Of a stretch of 64,000 bases of DNA, positions 36,569 to 50,419 are shown in pieces. The stretch is taken from positions 1 through 64,000 of the forward strand of contig KZ538334.1 in the NCBI GenBank assembly GCA_000934665.2. Reading direction: 5' to 3'. The notes beneath the pieces were generated by a model. That model did no database searches, was not told the origin of the DNA, and saw only the letters and a program-made list of their open reading frames with translations. Position numbers and translations under genes: made by a program. Position 1 is the stretch's first letter, and each line of letters begins with the position of its first letter. The stretch comes from Catajapyx aquilonaris (taxonomy: Eukaryota).

Positions 36569-38937
36569 TCAGCTGGTACCCAAACAGTAGCAATACTTCT
36601 TCAGTTCGTAATCTTCCACACACTCACTCTGCCCTTCGTATGTGTTTAGTCTGCTGACAGGTCCCAGCATCTTCATCTCAGATCTGTCCACCCCAACAGT
36701 CGCCTCGAAAACCGCCTTTCCAGGCAATGTCTGGAAGCTGACGAGGTAATCAGATATGACCTTCGACCCCGACTCCTCGTGGGACACCCGGCAGGTCACC
36801 ACTTTATCCAGACTCAATTTGGCGCACCTTGCATCATCCTTAGTGTCGTTATTAATTCGGTCCAGCAAGAATCGCGCCACACGCATGACCTCAGGTGACC
36901 TGGGGTCAACCTCCTGGGACTCCTTGCAGGTGCACCAGTGAGGGTCAATCCCGGCTTGAGGACACGTGCGGTCGACAGGGATCGGATGAAACAGGGTAAA
37001 TCCTCTCCCACACGACATGGGGTCAAACCTGTTGAGCAGCACTGAGGTCAAAGTGCAGTGTAGGTCAAACGGTGAGGTCAGCCGCCTTGTATTAGTCCTC
37101 AGATTGGCCATGACCTCCGGATGTTTTGACCTGAACCATGGCGGCACCCACACCATGAAGAAGGGCATCCTCTCTTCCAGCCATCCCACGTACGTCTTCC
37201 GGATGTCCCCAAACCGAATCCCATGGTCGCTGAAGAACACAAGCATGGTCCTGTTGAGCGTGACCTCGTTGGAGAACAACCTCGTGAAGAACTGGAGGTA
37301 CGGACCCTCAGCCAACGGGGCCGTGTTGACCGTATTGTGCGTCAAAGTGCTGGTCCAGAACCACCCGAAGAACTTCTTCCGATGGTACTTGGACACGAAA
37401 TCTTGCGCGTACTGCAACACGACATCCACGCTGAGTCTGTCGCCGACGCACACTTTCAATGTCTCCTTGGTCAAAGTGGACAGCTCCTGTAGCAAATCAT
37501 AAAATTTTGTAAGCATTTTACAGTATAGCTGTAGCCGTATCGGTACCTTCTCGACAGCCAGGTTGAACGGACGTGGATAGTAGTCCGTCGGAGGTATTAC
37601 GAACCCAGTCTTCTTGAATGTGAACGTACCAAGCGTCGGTGCATCTTCGGCGAAGGCAGTGACGTACCCTCTGTCGCTGAAGTTCCTCCAGATGAACGGA
37701 CAGGCATCGAAGGACACGTTGGAGCTCTTCCAGCACACCTTCTTCAGCTGGTTCTGGTCCAATCCAGTCAGCTCTACCACCACGTTTGGAAACGTGTTGT
37801 CTCCAACCTGAAACGTCAGACGTAACCGCCACTCTCAGGGTCGTGCGAGGGGCAGTGGTACTACATGCACCTGATGACTCGCCCCGGACAAGTTGCTCCG
37901 GGCGATTTGTCTCATATGCCAGGTGATGTAAATCCCCGATATGAGGTGAAGACACTCACCTTGACGTACCCGTAGAGTTCCAAGGCCCCTCTTTGCCGGA
38001 GGTAGTCAGCTGTCTTGTTTATGGCCCTCTGAAGGTTGAGTCTGGACACCGAGTCGATTCCCACCAGTAATATGCTCAGAGGAGGAGGATCATCCTCCTC
38101 CTCTTCCGGTCCTCCCTCTTCCGTACCAGGAGGAACCCGAGACGATGTTCTCAGCTTTTTGTCGAGGACGAACGCAAACCCGTTCTTGTATATCTGCCTT
38201 TTCTGGTACTTGCACACGGCCAATATGAACTCATCATACACTGTCGTACCGTCGCGTTCAATCTTCTTACACTCTTTGCCCACACTGTATAACAATACAA
38301 CATAATTTAAATACCAGATGTACAATATGGTATGAAGTAAATAATACATACGAGTACATGCTGTCAGCCTTAGTGTTGTAATGCTTCAAGTTCTGGGATC
38401 CCCTCCGGAGTACCCGGTAACAACAATACAGATGACTTTCGTTTTTAACCTGGTAATGTCTGTAGGACGTCACGTTGATTTTCACCTGAGACTAGATCCA
38501 GCCTTTACTTCTCTTTTTTTTATATACATACCATACGTTTAGAGAGTGTTGCAAAACTACTTACGTCATGAACATGCAAAAGTGGCGGTTTTGATGAGCA
38601 TCTGAATTTCGGTTCATCCTTCAGAAACTCACGGATTGAAGGATCGAAAGGGTTCAGATCCTGAATCTTGCATCCTGGGGTATGAAGGATGTATCCTGAT
38701 GGGACATTTTCAGGTGATCTTGACCCAGTCTCAACATTCCTTAGGTGCTGGTGAAAGGCTGGGAAATAAAGTGATATCACATGCTGACAACATTTGGATG
38801 TAGTAAAAAAAAAGAGGGTCAAGTATTGTACCTTGTGTGGTCATCAGAATCTTGTGGACATCCACCATGTAGGTGACCAAAATGATGACTGTGGCTAGGA
38901 TTATCAGGCGGATTATCCGGGGTGAATTTACAATCAT
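36569..38937 (-). CDS. DUF229-family (alkaline phosphatase/sulfatase-like) type II membrane protein
   Basis: Exons 38937-38832, 38758-38565, 38485-38352, 38284-37960, 37807-37547, 37486-36569 in frame; motifs TPGCKI, GIDSVSRLN, KVGDNTFPN, GYVTAFAED, PPTDYYPRP, FSDHGIRFG, EERMP, CPQAGIDPHWCTC, KKYCYC. Confidence 0.9.
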
Positions 38938-39826
38938 TATCTGGGCAAGTAATTAGCAAAAACAAAATTACATGATGGTAGTTGCGTAATTAAACGTGCA
39001 ATTACCTACTTGTTGCGGGAAGAAATTTCGGCTCACCTTGTCCTGTGAAGAGCCTGAATGTGAATGATGTCAGCTTTCCATTTGCAGTCGCAGAAGAAGA
39101 AGAAAAAAATTCGGCCTTGCCTATACGGATGGAATCACTTGGAACTATTGGTGAAAACACTTTCGGTGTAATGTAATTTATCAATAATATTTATTTAATC
39201 AATTTATTTCCTGGTGGTACAGGACTCTCTGCACTTCCTGCTCATGTTAGTGAATTTGTCTATAGTAAAAAGTAAAAGCCAGCAGGAAAAAAAAAAACAT
39301 GCCATAAATCCCCTGGAGGTACTGTATTATCATTAGCACACTTCTCCTGCAATAAAAATTTGAATACAACAATTGGTTACTGTACTTTATTGTAGCAATT
39401 GTAGGCAAAAATGAAAGCTGGGGATGTCACATGCAGAGTGTCTCTTCTTCTCTTGCGTATTCACACTGCTTTTGCACCATCATAAGAAGCCAATCGGTAA
39501 ATCTTTCTTCTTTTCTCTTCTTGCTCTCTGCAGGGTCCTATTTGCATGCACTGCCTCTGCAAGGTCAGTTCATCTAGTATCGCAGACCATTGAACATTGA
39601 TTGAACAATTTAGACAAGTACATAAACATCTATTGTCTGTCTGTATCCGCATGAGATTAGAAGACGCAAACTGCTTGAGATGCATTCCAAAGGTGCTGGA
39701 AGAGAAATACCTGCACATGACTTGCATCAATCATACTCATTTCTAACATCGAAATTAGATCTGAACCGCGTGTGATCCAACCTGCTCGTAACGATCTACA
39801 TGCCTGCCTCATATACTCACTTCAGA

Positions 39827-40111
39827 CCGAAGCAGGTTGGTGTAAGGGTTAAGGAGCCAGACTGCTAATCGGGAGGTCCTGGGATCAAATCCCCGGGCCG
39901 GCAACTCTGACCGTGGTTTTCTGTGGTTTCCCACGGTCCCTCCAGGAAAATTCCGGAGTTGTTTCCGTAATTAACAGGCCACAGCCGCTTCCTTCCTTCC
40001 CTATCCCTTCCCAAAAAGCGAAGCAAAAAGTAAAAAGACAAGAGTTCCTGACAAAAAAAAATTGGGATGAACTCCCCCCCTAAGAGAGCCAATGGCTCTA
40101 TCACGGGGTAA

Positions 40112-40140
<29 letters not shown>
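39827..40140 (+). mobile_element. Full-length tRNA-derived SINE with (ATT)n tail and 15-bp TSD
   Basis: A-box-like TGGTGTAAGGG, B-box-like GGATCAAATCC, core GGTTTTCTGTGGTTTCCC...GGCCACAGCCGCTTCCTTCC; TATACTCACTTCAGA at 39812-39826 and 40141-40155. Confidence 0.9.
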
Positions 40141-40144
<4 letters not shown>

Positions 40145-40588
40145 CTCACTTCAGAGTGAAAATATATGCCCACAACCCATAACAATACATGGACCATCTA
40201 TGCAAAGTCTGGAATGAAATCGCACCAGTCGACAACCATGGCAATAACGGTGCAAATCACTCAAAGGAGGACATATCAAGTGAACCAAGTGCCACACGTG
40301 TGTGATGGAACATACCCTCCTCCTAAGAACAAGAACCACGTGCAACAACAAAACACATCCAGAAAAATTGTCAGCTCCATGTTGTTACCAAAACGAGACA
40401 GAAAAAAAGCTTCCCTAGAAAGAAGCTCCAATACAAAAAAAAAATACTGTCAAAAATTATGTTATATTCAATTGAATGTTTTTATTAATCTCGTTGAACC
40501 TTTCTCCAGATTCAAGCATGTGCATTTGCATTACTTATTTGTGAATTCAAATTTTTTAATGAATTATTTCACAGAAAGTTGTAAATAT

Positions 40589-41767
40589 TCAAGATGAGAC
40601 GCCAGATGATGCGCCAGCCTTCTCTGCCTGCCGCCTCTTCACATCCCAGTTGTACACTCGGGCCATGTTAACCTCCGTGGTCGTTAACTGATCTCTGCAA
40701 ATTTAAGACGTAATTTAGTTCCACAATATTGGGGCGTTATACATAAAATGCGTGACAAAAATGTAGGCAACCTGAGGAAATCCAGGTCATGTTCAACCTG
40801 CTCCAGATTAGTCTTTGCCGTGGCGATATTCTTGATCAGTAAAGCTTCTCCTTCATCCAACGTGTACTCGAGCATCACATTAGCCTGCAATGATAAGAAT
40901 CGGTGAAAATTCAGCTTCCAAGAAATCATTTGCCTGACAATCATAAGGCGCAGAAATGATCACAGTGAGATAAATTATGAATTTTTCCCCCTGCTTTTTA
41001 TACTTCATCATGCTTTAGCAGGGCTGGAGCCAATGAGCAATGCACACGCTAAAATTCATAATGTTGCACCTTAGATTCCTACTCTGTGCAGAGCTCGCAT
41101 TGAATTTAAACATACCATGACAATCACAAAATTAGTGTGGGATTACGGCATGGTGTGGGACACGACTTACCCCCAACCACAAGCAGACTTTCTCCGTGGG
41201 CAAGACCTTCGCCCGTGCAAAGACCTGCTCACAGAGAGGAAAATGAGTCTCCATAGAGTCACCGCTCTCTTTCCTGCTCTGCAGGAACCGAATAGTATCC
41301 AGCGACTTCTCCAGGTCCGGAACCTGTCCCTTCAGTCGCCTCCGCCGAAGAATCAGGTTCTCCTCCATGAACTTGTACTTGCTATGCTGCTCATCCAAAC
41401 GATGCAGAACAGCCTCGGCATTCCCATCGTTCTCCGACTCCGCCATGAACGAATCCACATCTTCCTGTTGGGTCAAGTAATTAAATATATTTGTGCCCAC
41501 ACATTTTTATATATTATTATAGTTTTTTTGACAACCACCAGCCATGCATGTCTCCATTTATGGCCACATGCCGGGACTCTAGCCACCTGCCCACGCCCTG
41601 CTAATTACGCCCCCGTCTGCTTCCCCAGTCATTCAAACATGTCCCGAGGGCATCCTCCTCACCACAAAGACAGCCATGGGTATCCCAGCGTACGACTTTT
41701 TCGGTCCATCTCCTTGCAATTCGTTCCCTTCTTTCGAAGCCGCCGAAGTCTCTTCGTCGCCCGCCAT
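40589..41767 (-). CDS. VBP1: Prefoldin subunit 3
   Basis: Exons 41767-41663, 41464-41171, 40884-40772, 40694-40589: GIPMAVFVEDVDSFM...LDEQHSKYKFME...KVCLWLGANVMLEY...[27 protein letters not shown]. Confidence 0.96.
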
Positions 41768-41983
41768 CTTGATTCTATGACGTCACGGTATCGATACACT
41801 GCCATCGATACGATACATTTGCAATTTGCAGAATCGATATATCTCTGGTGACGTCATAATATCGATACAATAGTTTTTAAAATAATCGATGTTTCGATAT
41901 TGTGACGTCATCAAATATGGCGGCGCACACTGCAAATTGAAAGAGTTCATTTTAATTGCGAATCATTGATTAATTAAGGAAAT
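41768..41983. promoter_or_regulatory. 216-bp bidirectional promoter between VBP1 and RINT1
   Basis: TGACGTCA at 41778, 41849 and 41903; TATCGATA at 41789 and 41860 plus variants; AAATATGGCGGC (YY1-like) at 41913. Confidence 0.85.
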
Positions 41984-44955
<2,972 letters not shown>

Positions 44956-45910
44956 AATTGGGCCCAAAAGGATACCATAGAGCAGCTTTGGTAACACGAG
45001 GTACGCGGGCGTTTCTTTAAAATAGTGGGGAATGATGCGGACTATAAAGCCCCAATATTTACTTCAAAATCTGCATTGTACTATTTATTATTGCTGCAAT
45101 CACAGAATATGTATGTGCGTAAATTGCTTAATTGGCTAAACTATTTGAAAATTATTATTGCAACTGTGATGTCATTTTTTTGGTCAATCATAAGAGAATG
45201 AGTCATTTTCTTATGATCTGACAACATTGCCTTCTGCGGAGGAATAACGACACGAGTTAGCACTAGTGTCGTTAAGATTATGAAATTGTGCATGCAGCAT
45301 TAAAGTTGATTATTAGTAGAAAGGGGGCACACTACTTCACTACGGAAGCTACGTAGATATTTTAAAAAGAGTCGAGATTGTCAATATTATTGCCTGTACA
45401 TAACGAGCATTGATGTTATTGTACGATAGCTATGAATTTTGTATAGGCAAACGTTCTCCAGCGTTACATTTTCATGACCGTAACTACATGAAGTCGTGTA
45501 ATAACATGTACTGTTAAGATCCTTGCGATCATGCATTTTTGTAAACATTATTCTACCAACACTTGAAATTATTAAAGACACATGCTATATGACCTGATTT
45601 ATTCCAACATTTTTTTTTTACAACTATAAATGCTATCTACATGCTATGGAGAGAGTTAAAGTGTCAATTTTCGTTAGTGTCACTCGGAACAATCCCAATA
45701 TGTGCTTAGCAAAACCACACATTCCCGATGGATTGTTTCTCCATAAGTATAGAAGAAGAAAAAAATATGGTAACGGTAAGCACAAGTGGCCTTTCCAAAA
45801 CGTCATGACATAACAGTAGCAAAAAATAGGCCGATCTAACAATGAAAAGTGCAAAAAAAATATACGATAATAATAACCCACACAGAATGGAAAAAAAAAA
45901 GTCACACTGT

Positions 45911-47407
45911 TCAGTCTTCCTTCTTCACGCCTTCAACACCGGAGCTCTTCTGCAGCTTTGCATGCTCATCGAGCAACCGATCGTACTCCTTGGATACGGA
46001 CTCGGCCTGATTCTTCATCGATTCCAGGTTCTTCTTCAGCCGACTGATTTCTGGTAAGAAAAGGCGCAATTAGACATCATCGGACCATTTGTATGCATCC
46101 GAATAATCCAGTATAATTATCCGCAAGCATAATGATTCGTATTGACATAGTCCCTTGATTATCAAACCGCAAATGGTGACAAGCGTATCTTATCAGTTGT
46201 GCGCTACTACTCTTTAAATGTCGTATTGACATAACGAGTGATTCTCACCCTCCTGTTGGTCGCCAAGCTTCTCCTTCAGAGCCTTAACTTCCTTGTCATG
46301 CGCCTCGTTTGCCCTGTTCTGAACAGATTCCCCGGATTTGATTGTTTCCGCCTCCTTCATCATTGTCATCGCAGCCTTACTGGCCGACTCAGCCTGCTTC
46401 ATTGAGGCTTCGTTTTGAGCCACCATTTGCGCCTGGTTGCTCAGCAGGACCATCAGCCGTCGGATGACCCTGAAAAAAAAAAAAGGGTTATTCACCATTT
46501 CCATGGCAGCAGCATGCGGTTTACTTACAGGCTGAGAAACAGGCTGAATCCCGAGATGTAAAAGTTGCGCTGTGCTCTGAAAAGCTTCATGTGTGTCTGC
46601 ATCTCCGCATCAAGGTGCGAATGCGTATGCTGCTCTTCACCTTCGATCGAGTACTTGCGCATCTCACGCACCGCATCTGCAATTTACAAAGATTTCCACT
46701 CAACGCCAACTGTGACACGGTCACCAGCGATTAACGAGATCCTCGCTACCCTCACATAACCATTAATAATTTTTTTTTTAAATTCTGGAGACTGGTCAGG
46801 TACTCGCCGAGTATGAGTGAATAGTCAGTAGACAAGCCTCACATTGGTCGCTCTTGTGATGCTTTTTTACGTGGCAATGCCACAATAATGTTCGTTGCGG
46901 CTCAAAAGAGTCATCACCCACACTGGAAATCGTTAAAACATTAAAAGAGCATCACTGGGCGAGTCTCTTACGAAACATCAAATGCAACTGGCAAAGCCAC
47001 AATAACGTTCGTTGCGGTTCAGGCCAACGAACATTACTGTGGCTTTGCTGGCAATTGATGTTAGGTGGGAGACTCGCTCTTTTTAATGTTTTTGCGGTTT
47101 GGGTGATGACCCTTTCGACAGTTGTTTCATCATCTTACCCACGAAGAACAGGATGAGGACCCCGAGCAGCACGTAGAAGTAAATGTACGCCTGGGCCCCT
47201 ATCGCATGTAAGAACTTCGACTTGAACAAGCGGTTCCATCTGAAAACAAAAGCGGGGGGCAAATATGTTAGTACCGCCATGATGAGTTGCTTTAATCGAC
47301 TGTGGATGCACGTACCTCTGCGCAGAGATGATGGGCAGAGTGAGCAGGAAGACAAATCCGATCTCGAAGTAGAGGAACGTTGCTATGATGGTCCACTGGA
47401 TGCTCAT
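45911..47407 (-). CDS. BCAP31: B-cell receptor-associated protein 31/29
   Basis: Exons 47407-47316, 47239-47139, 46676-46529, 46469-46249, 46050-45911: MSIQWTIIATFLYFEI...DAVREMRKY...MKLFRAQRNFYISGF...KEYDRLLDEH...KKED (KKxx ER-retrieval motif). Confidence 0.96.
46921..47105. mobile_element. CACTG-terminus MITE in a BCAP31 intron, same family as 49940-50419
   Basis: CACTGGAAATCGTTAAAACATTAAAAGAGCATCACTGGGCGAGTCTC...GAGACTCGCTCTTTTTAATGTTTTTGCGGTTT, with internal inverted arms. Confidence 0.65.
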
Positions 47408-48024
47408 GGCTGCAGCTGATGGGAACCAGAAAAATGGGGGTTATGCGACGAGCCACACAAAAAAGTGGGTCCTAGGCTTTTGTGGGTGGGATCGAATAAC
47501 AAGAGAGTGGCAGACCTTGGGCTGGTCCTTCTAGTGTGTGTCTCCTCCTCGTCTATTTAACGAAGGCCTGAGGAGGGCGCAAGACCAATGGTGGGATCAC
47601 ACGACGAGAATAATCTCAGGTGATGACTTGTACTAAAAGAGATTTTTCTTACGCAAAAGGGTCGGGTCGGTCGAGCGAAAGGCGCGTTCCTACCCCTGCT
47701 TTTTTATATAGAAAGAACAGACTCCAGTGTTCCATTAACAATTTATGATTAAAACTAAGCAATTGACTGTGTTCTAATTAAAAAAGTAAAGACAATGTCA
47801 ATACGGTTGTAAACTATATGGTTCTCAAGAGTGACGCAATACGCGCGTACGAACAGTATCGCCGCCATATTTGAACTTGTTCTTACAACGCATGATTTTT
47901 TATGAGCTCAACCGAGTGCGCAACACAGTTCGCGCAAATTGTTGCCAACACACTTTGCCAATAATGCTCTGGAACAGGGCGGCACCAGACGATGCGCAAA
48001 CTTCGGTCAGCACCATTGATTTAT

Positions 48025-48490
48025 GCGTCTCTCTGTTTGGGGCCGTTGCCAAGGCTGACGGCCATTTTGAAGTGTGGGCAACGCCAACGAGGTATAAATA
48101 TAGGGTACAGGCAAAAATAGGGTCCGCCATCTTTGATGGTTTTGGGGGCCATGGCAACTATACAGGGTGGTCCAAATTCAAGTGTCGTTTTATAACGGCG
48201 ATTAATAGAAGCGCTTAACGATGACGTAGCAGCGACGTGTAAAATTTCCCACTTCGATGGCGCCGAAGATGCGCCGAAGTGGGACATTTTACGCGTCGCT
48301 GCTGCGTCATCGCAAAATCACTGCTATTAATCGCCGTTATAAAACGACACTTGAACTTGGACCACCCCTGTATACATGGCAAGAACACGCTCGAATCGAA
48401 GATGGCCTGTACCCTATTTATACCTCGTTGGCGTTGCTCACACTTCAAAATGGCCGTCAGCCTTGCCAACGGCCCCAAGCAGAGAGACGC
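48025..48490. mobile_element. Nested MITEs: outer long inverted repeat with an inner Tc1/mariner MITE (48163-48370)
   Basis: Outer arms about 48025-48112 and 48405-48490; inner TA|CAGGGTGGTCCAA...TTGGACCACCCCTG|TA, palindromic along most of its length. Confidence 0.85.
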
Positions 48491-49195
48491 GGAAATCGAA
48501 TGCTTGCGCCTCTTATGTAGTATATGCTCCCTGGCGGCAGTGTCCCGCGTTCGATTCACGGGTCGGACAAGGATGCTTATGTGGATGTGTTCTCTCCGTG
48601 TTCGCGTGGGTTTTCTGGGGGTTCTTCCGTAACGTGCACGTCCGTATGTTACACAACGAGGAGTGGGGAAGCCTATGCGCCAACAAGTAGTGACGTACCG
48701 GGGATGTCATACCGGTACTATAAAGTGGGGGGCAGTGTTGCCAAATTGTGGTTAATTTAGGTATGGCAAGGAGAAATTCCAAAAAAAAGTATTTGCAACA
48801 GCTTTTTATTGTTGTGTTCACTATCTCTGTGACACCTTTTCCCTTGTTCAGAAAGTAGGACGCTGCTGCCCTCGATTGACGTCATCCAGTGCGATTCCTG
48901 GAGTTGTTTTTTGGGGGGGACTCTCATAACGTGCGCACAAATTAAGACAGGTTCAGTATAATTAAGGCGGCCATCACATAATAACGATCAGTAGTCATCG
49001 TAGTCATAATAATCAGGAACGGACCATTTTCCAGGTAGACTAGGCCTAGAGTCCTGAAACAACAAGAATAAAGACATAATAAGTAACATATAAAACATCT
49101 ATACGTTTATTTGGCACATTGTGACAAATATGTGATTAGTTATTAGTACGTCACGCTCTTCAATAATAGTCAAAAAAAAGAGAAGGAGAAACAGG

Positions 49196-49882
49196 TTATA
49201 CCGGGGTCGGAGGCACGTCAGATTTGTCCGTAACAGCTAGCTCGGTCGGTGTCGTCGTTACGGGAGCGAGTACTGGAGTTTGTCCATTAGTATTGTCTGG
49301 AGTGCATGGCCTCTGAAAAAGGACCTTGCAACATGAGGGACAGTTGATGGGCCTCTGTCCCAAAACAGCGTCCCATTCCTCAGGTCCTGCGTCGGGACTA
49401 ATGGGCCTCTGAGGCGATGCAGGTCCGAACGGACGTCTAGGTCTGCTGAGCAACACCGTCCAGAAATTGCTGTCCAGGAATCCACCTCGCAACAATACCC
49501 CGAGTACGTCAGCGGACAACTGAGGGTCCTTCGTGGGGTCTACGTCGCTTACCCAGAACTGCGGGTTGACATCGAAGCGGTTGCCCAGTACGGTGTTGTC
49601 TTGCGGGTTGACAGTTCCAGACGCTGGGACGGGACGTTGCGTCGGACGTTGCGTCGGACGTTGCGTCGGACGTTGCGTCGGAAGAGTCGGTCCTGTTTGT
49701 GGGAATGGCTGCAACGGGGCTTGTGTCACTGGTGCGTTTGTTGACGGAGGTCGAGGGTACCACGACGGTCTGTTGGATACGAAGCTCTGTCGTTTCAGAC
49801 GAACCAGGAGGTTGTCGGCGTGGGTGATGCTGACGGCACACGCTGCCACCAGGACGAAGGCCACTTTCCAGATCATATTCAT
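49196..49882 (-). CDS. Secreted proline-rich protein, 228 aa, unknown family
   Basis: Acceptor ACAG|GATG; signal peptide to about ITHA; RLKR|Q site; (PTQR)4 from a 12-bp tandem repeat; C-terminal CPSCC..C; AATAAA downstream on the minus strand; probable UTR exon donor near 50964. Confidence 0.8.
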   Translation of the reverse strand: MNMIWKVAFVLVAACAVSITHADNLLVRLKRQSFVSNRPSWYPRPPSTNAPVTQAPLQPFPQTGPTLPTQRPTQRPTQRPTQRPVPASGTVNPQDNTVLGNRFDVNPQFWVSDVDPTKDPQLSADVLGVLLRGGFLDSNFWTVLLSRPRRPFGPASPQRPISPDAGPEEWDAVLGQRPINCPSCCKVLFQRPCTPDNTNGQTPVLAPVTTTPTELAVTDKSDVPPTPV

Positions 49883-49939
49883 CCTGTCATAAAAGTCGTT
49901 ACGTAATTAGCAAGTGGGATATGGTTCTGACAACAACTA

Positions 49940-50419
49940 CACTGTAAACCACATAGAAAACAGCATCACCCCATGGAGCATCAATTTTTAATGCTCTGGT
50001 AATGTTTTTGTGATGCTAAAAGCATTGCAAGAGCATTAAAATCATTCCACGCATTAATTAAAAATTAACATGCTAAATCATTAATTTATTAAATCATTAA
50101 ATCATTAATTTTAATGCTCTTGTAATGCTTTTGTGTTGCTAAAAGCATCTAAAAGGCATTACGCGAGCATTAAAATTGATGCTTTTGAATTTTAAAATTT
50201 AAATGGATTTTTACTGCTTTTGAAATGCTTTTAGCAACGAAAAATTATTGCAAGGGCATTACAAATTGACGTTTTTTAAAAATCTTAATTAATTTTTAAT
50301 GATTTTAATGCTCTTGCAGTGCTTTTAGCAACACAAAAGCATTAACAAGATCATTAAAAATTGATGCTCCGTGGGAGACTCACCAGTGATGCTCTTTTAA
50401 TGCTTTGCGGTTTGCATTG
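49940..50419. mobile_element. CACTA/CMC-like MITE
   Basis: TA|CACTGTAAACC...GGTTTGCATTG|TA, subterminal inverted arms and many TTTTAATGCT/GCATTAAAA internal repeats. Confidence 0.7.

Noticed and set aside
41117..41851. 244-aa + strand ORF
   Set aside because: Antisense shadow of VBP1 with no recognisable motifs.
47871..48690. Mirror-image ORFs (also 63015-63524)
   Set aside because: Explained by palindromic MITEs.
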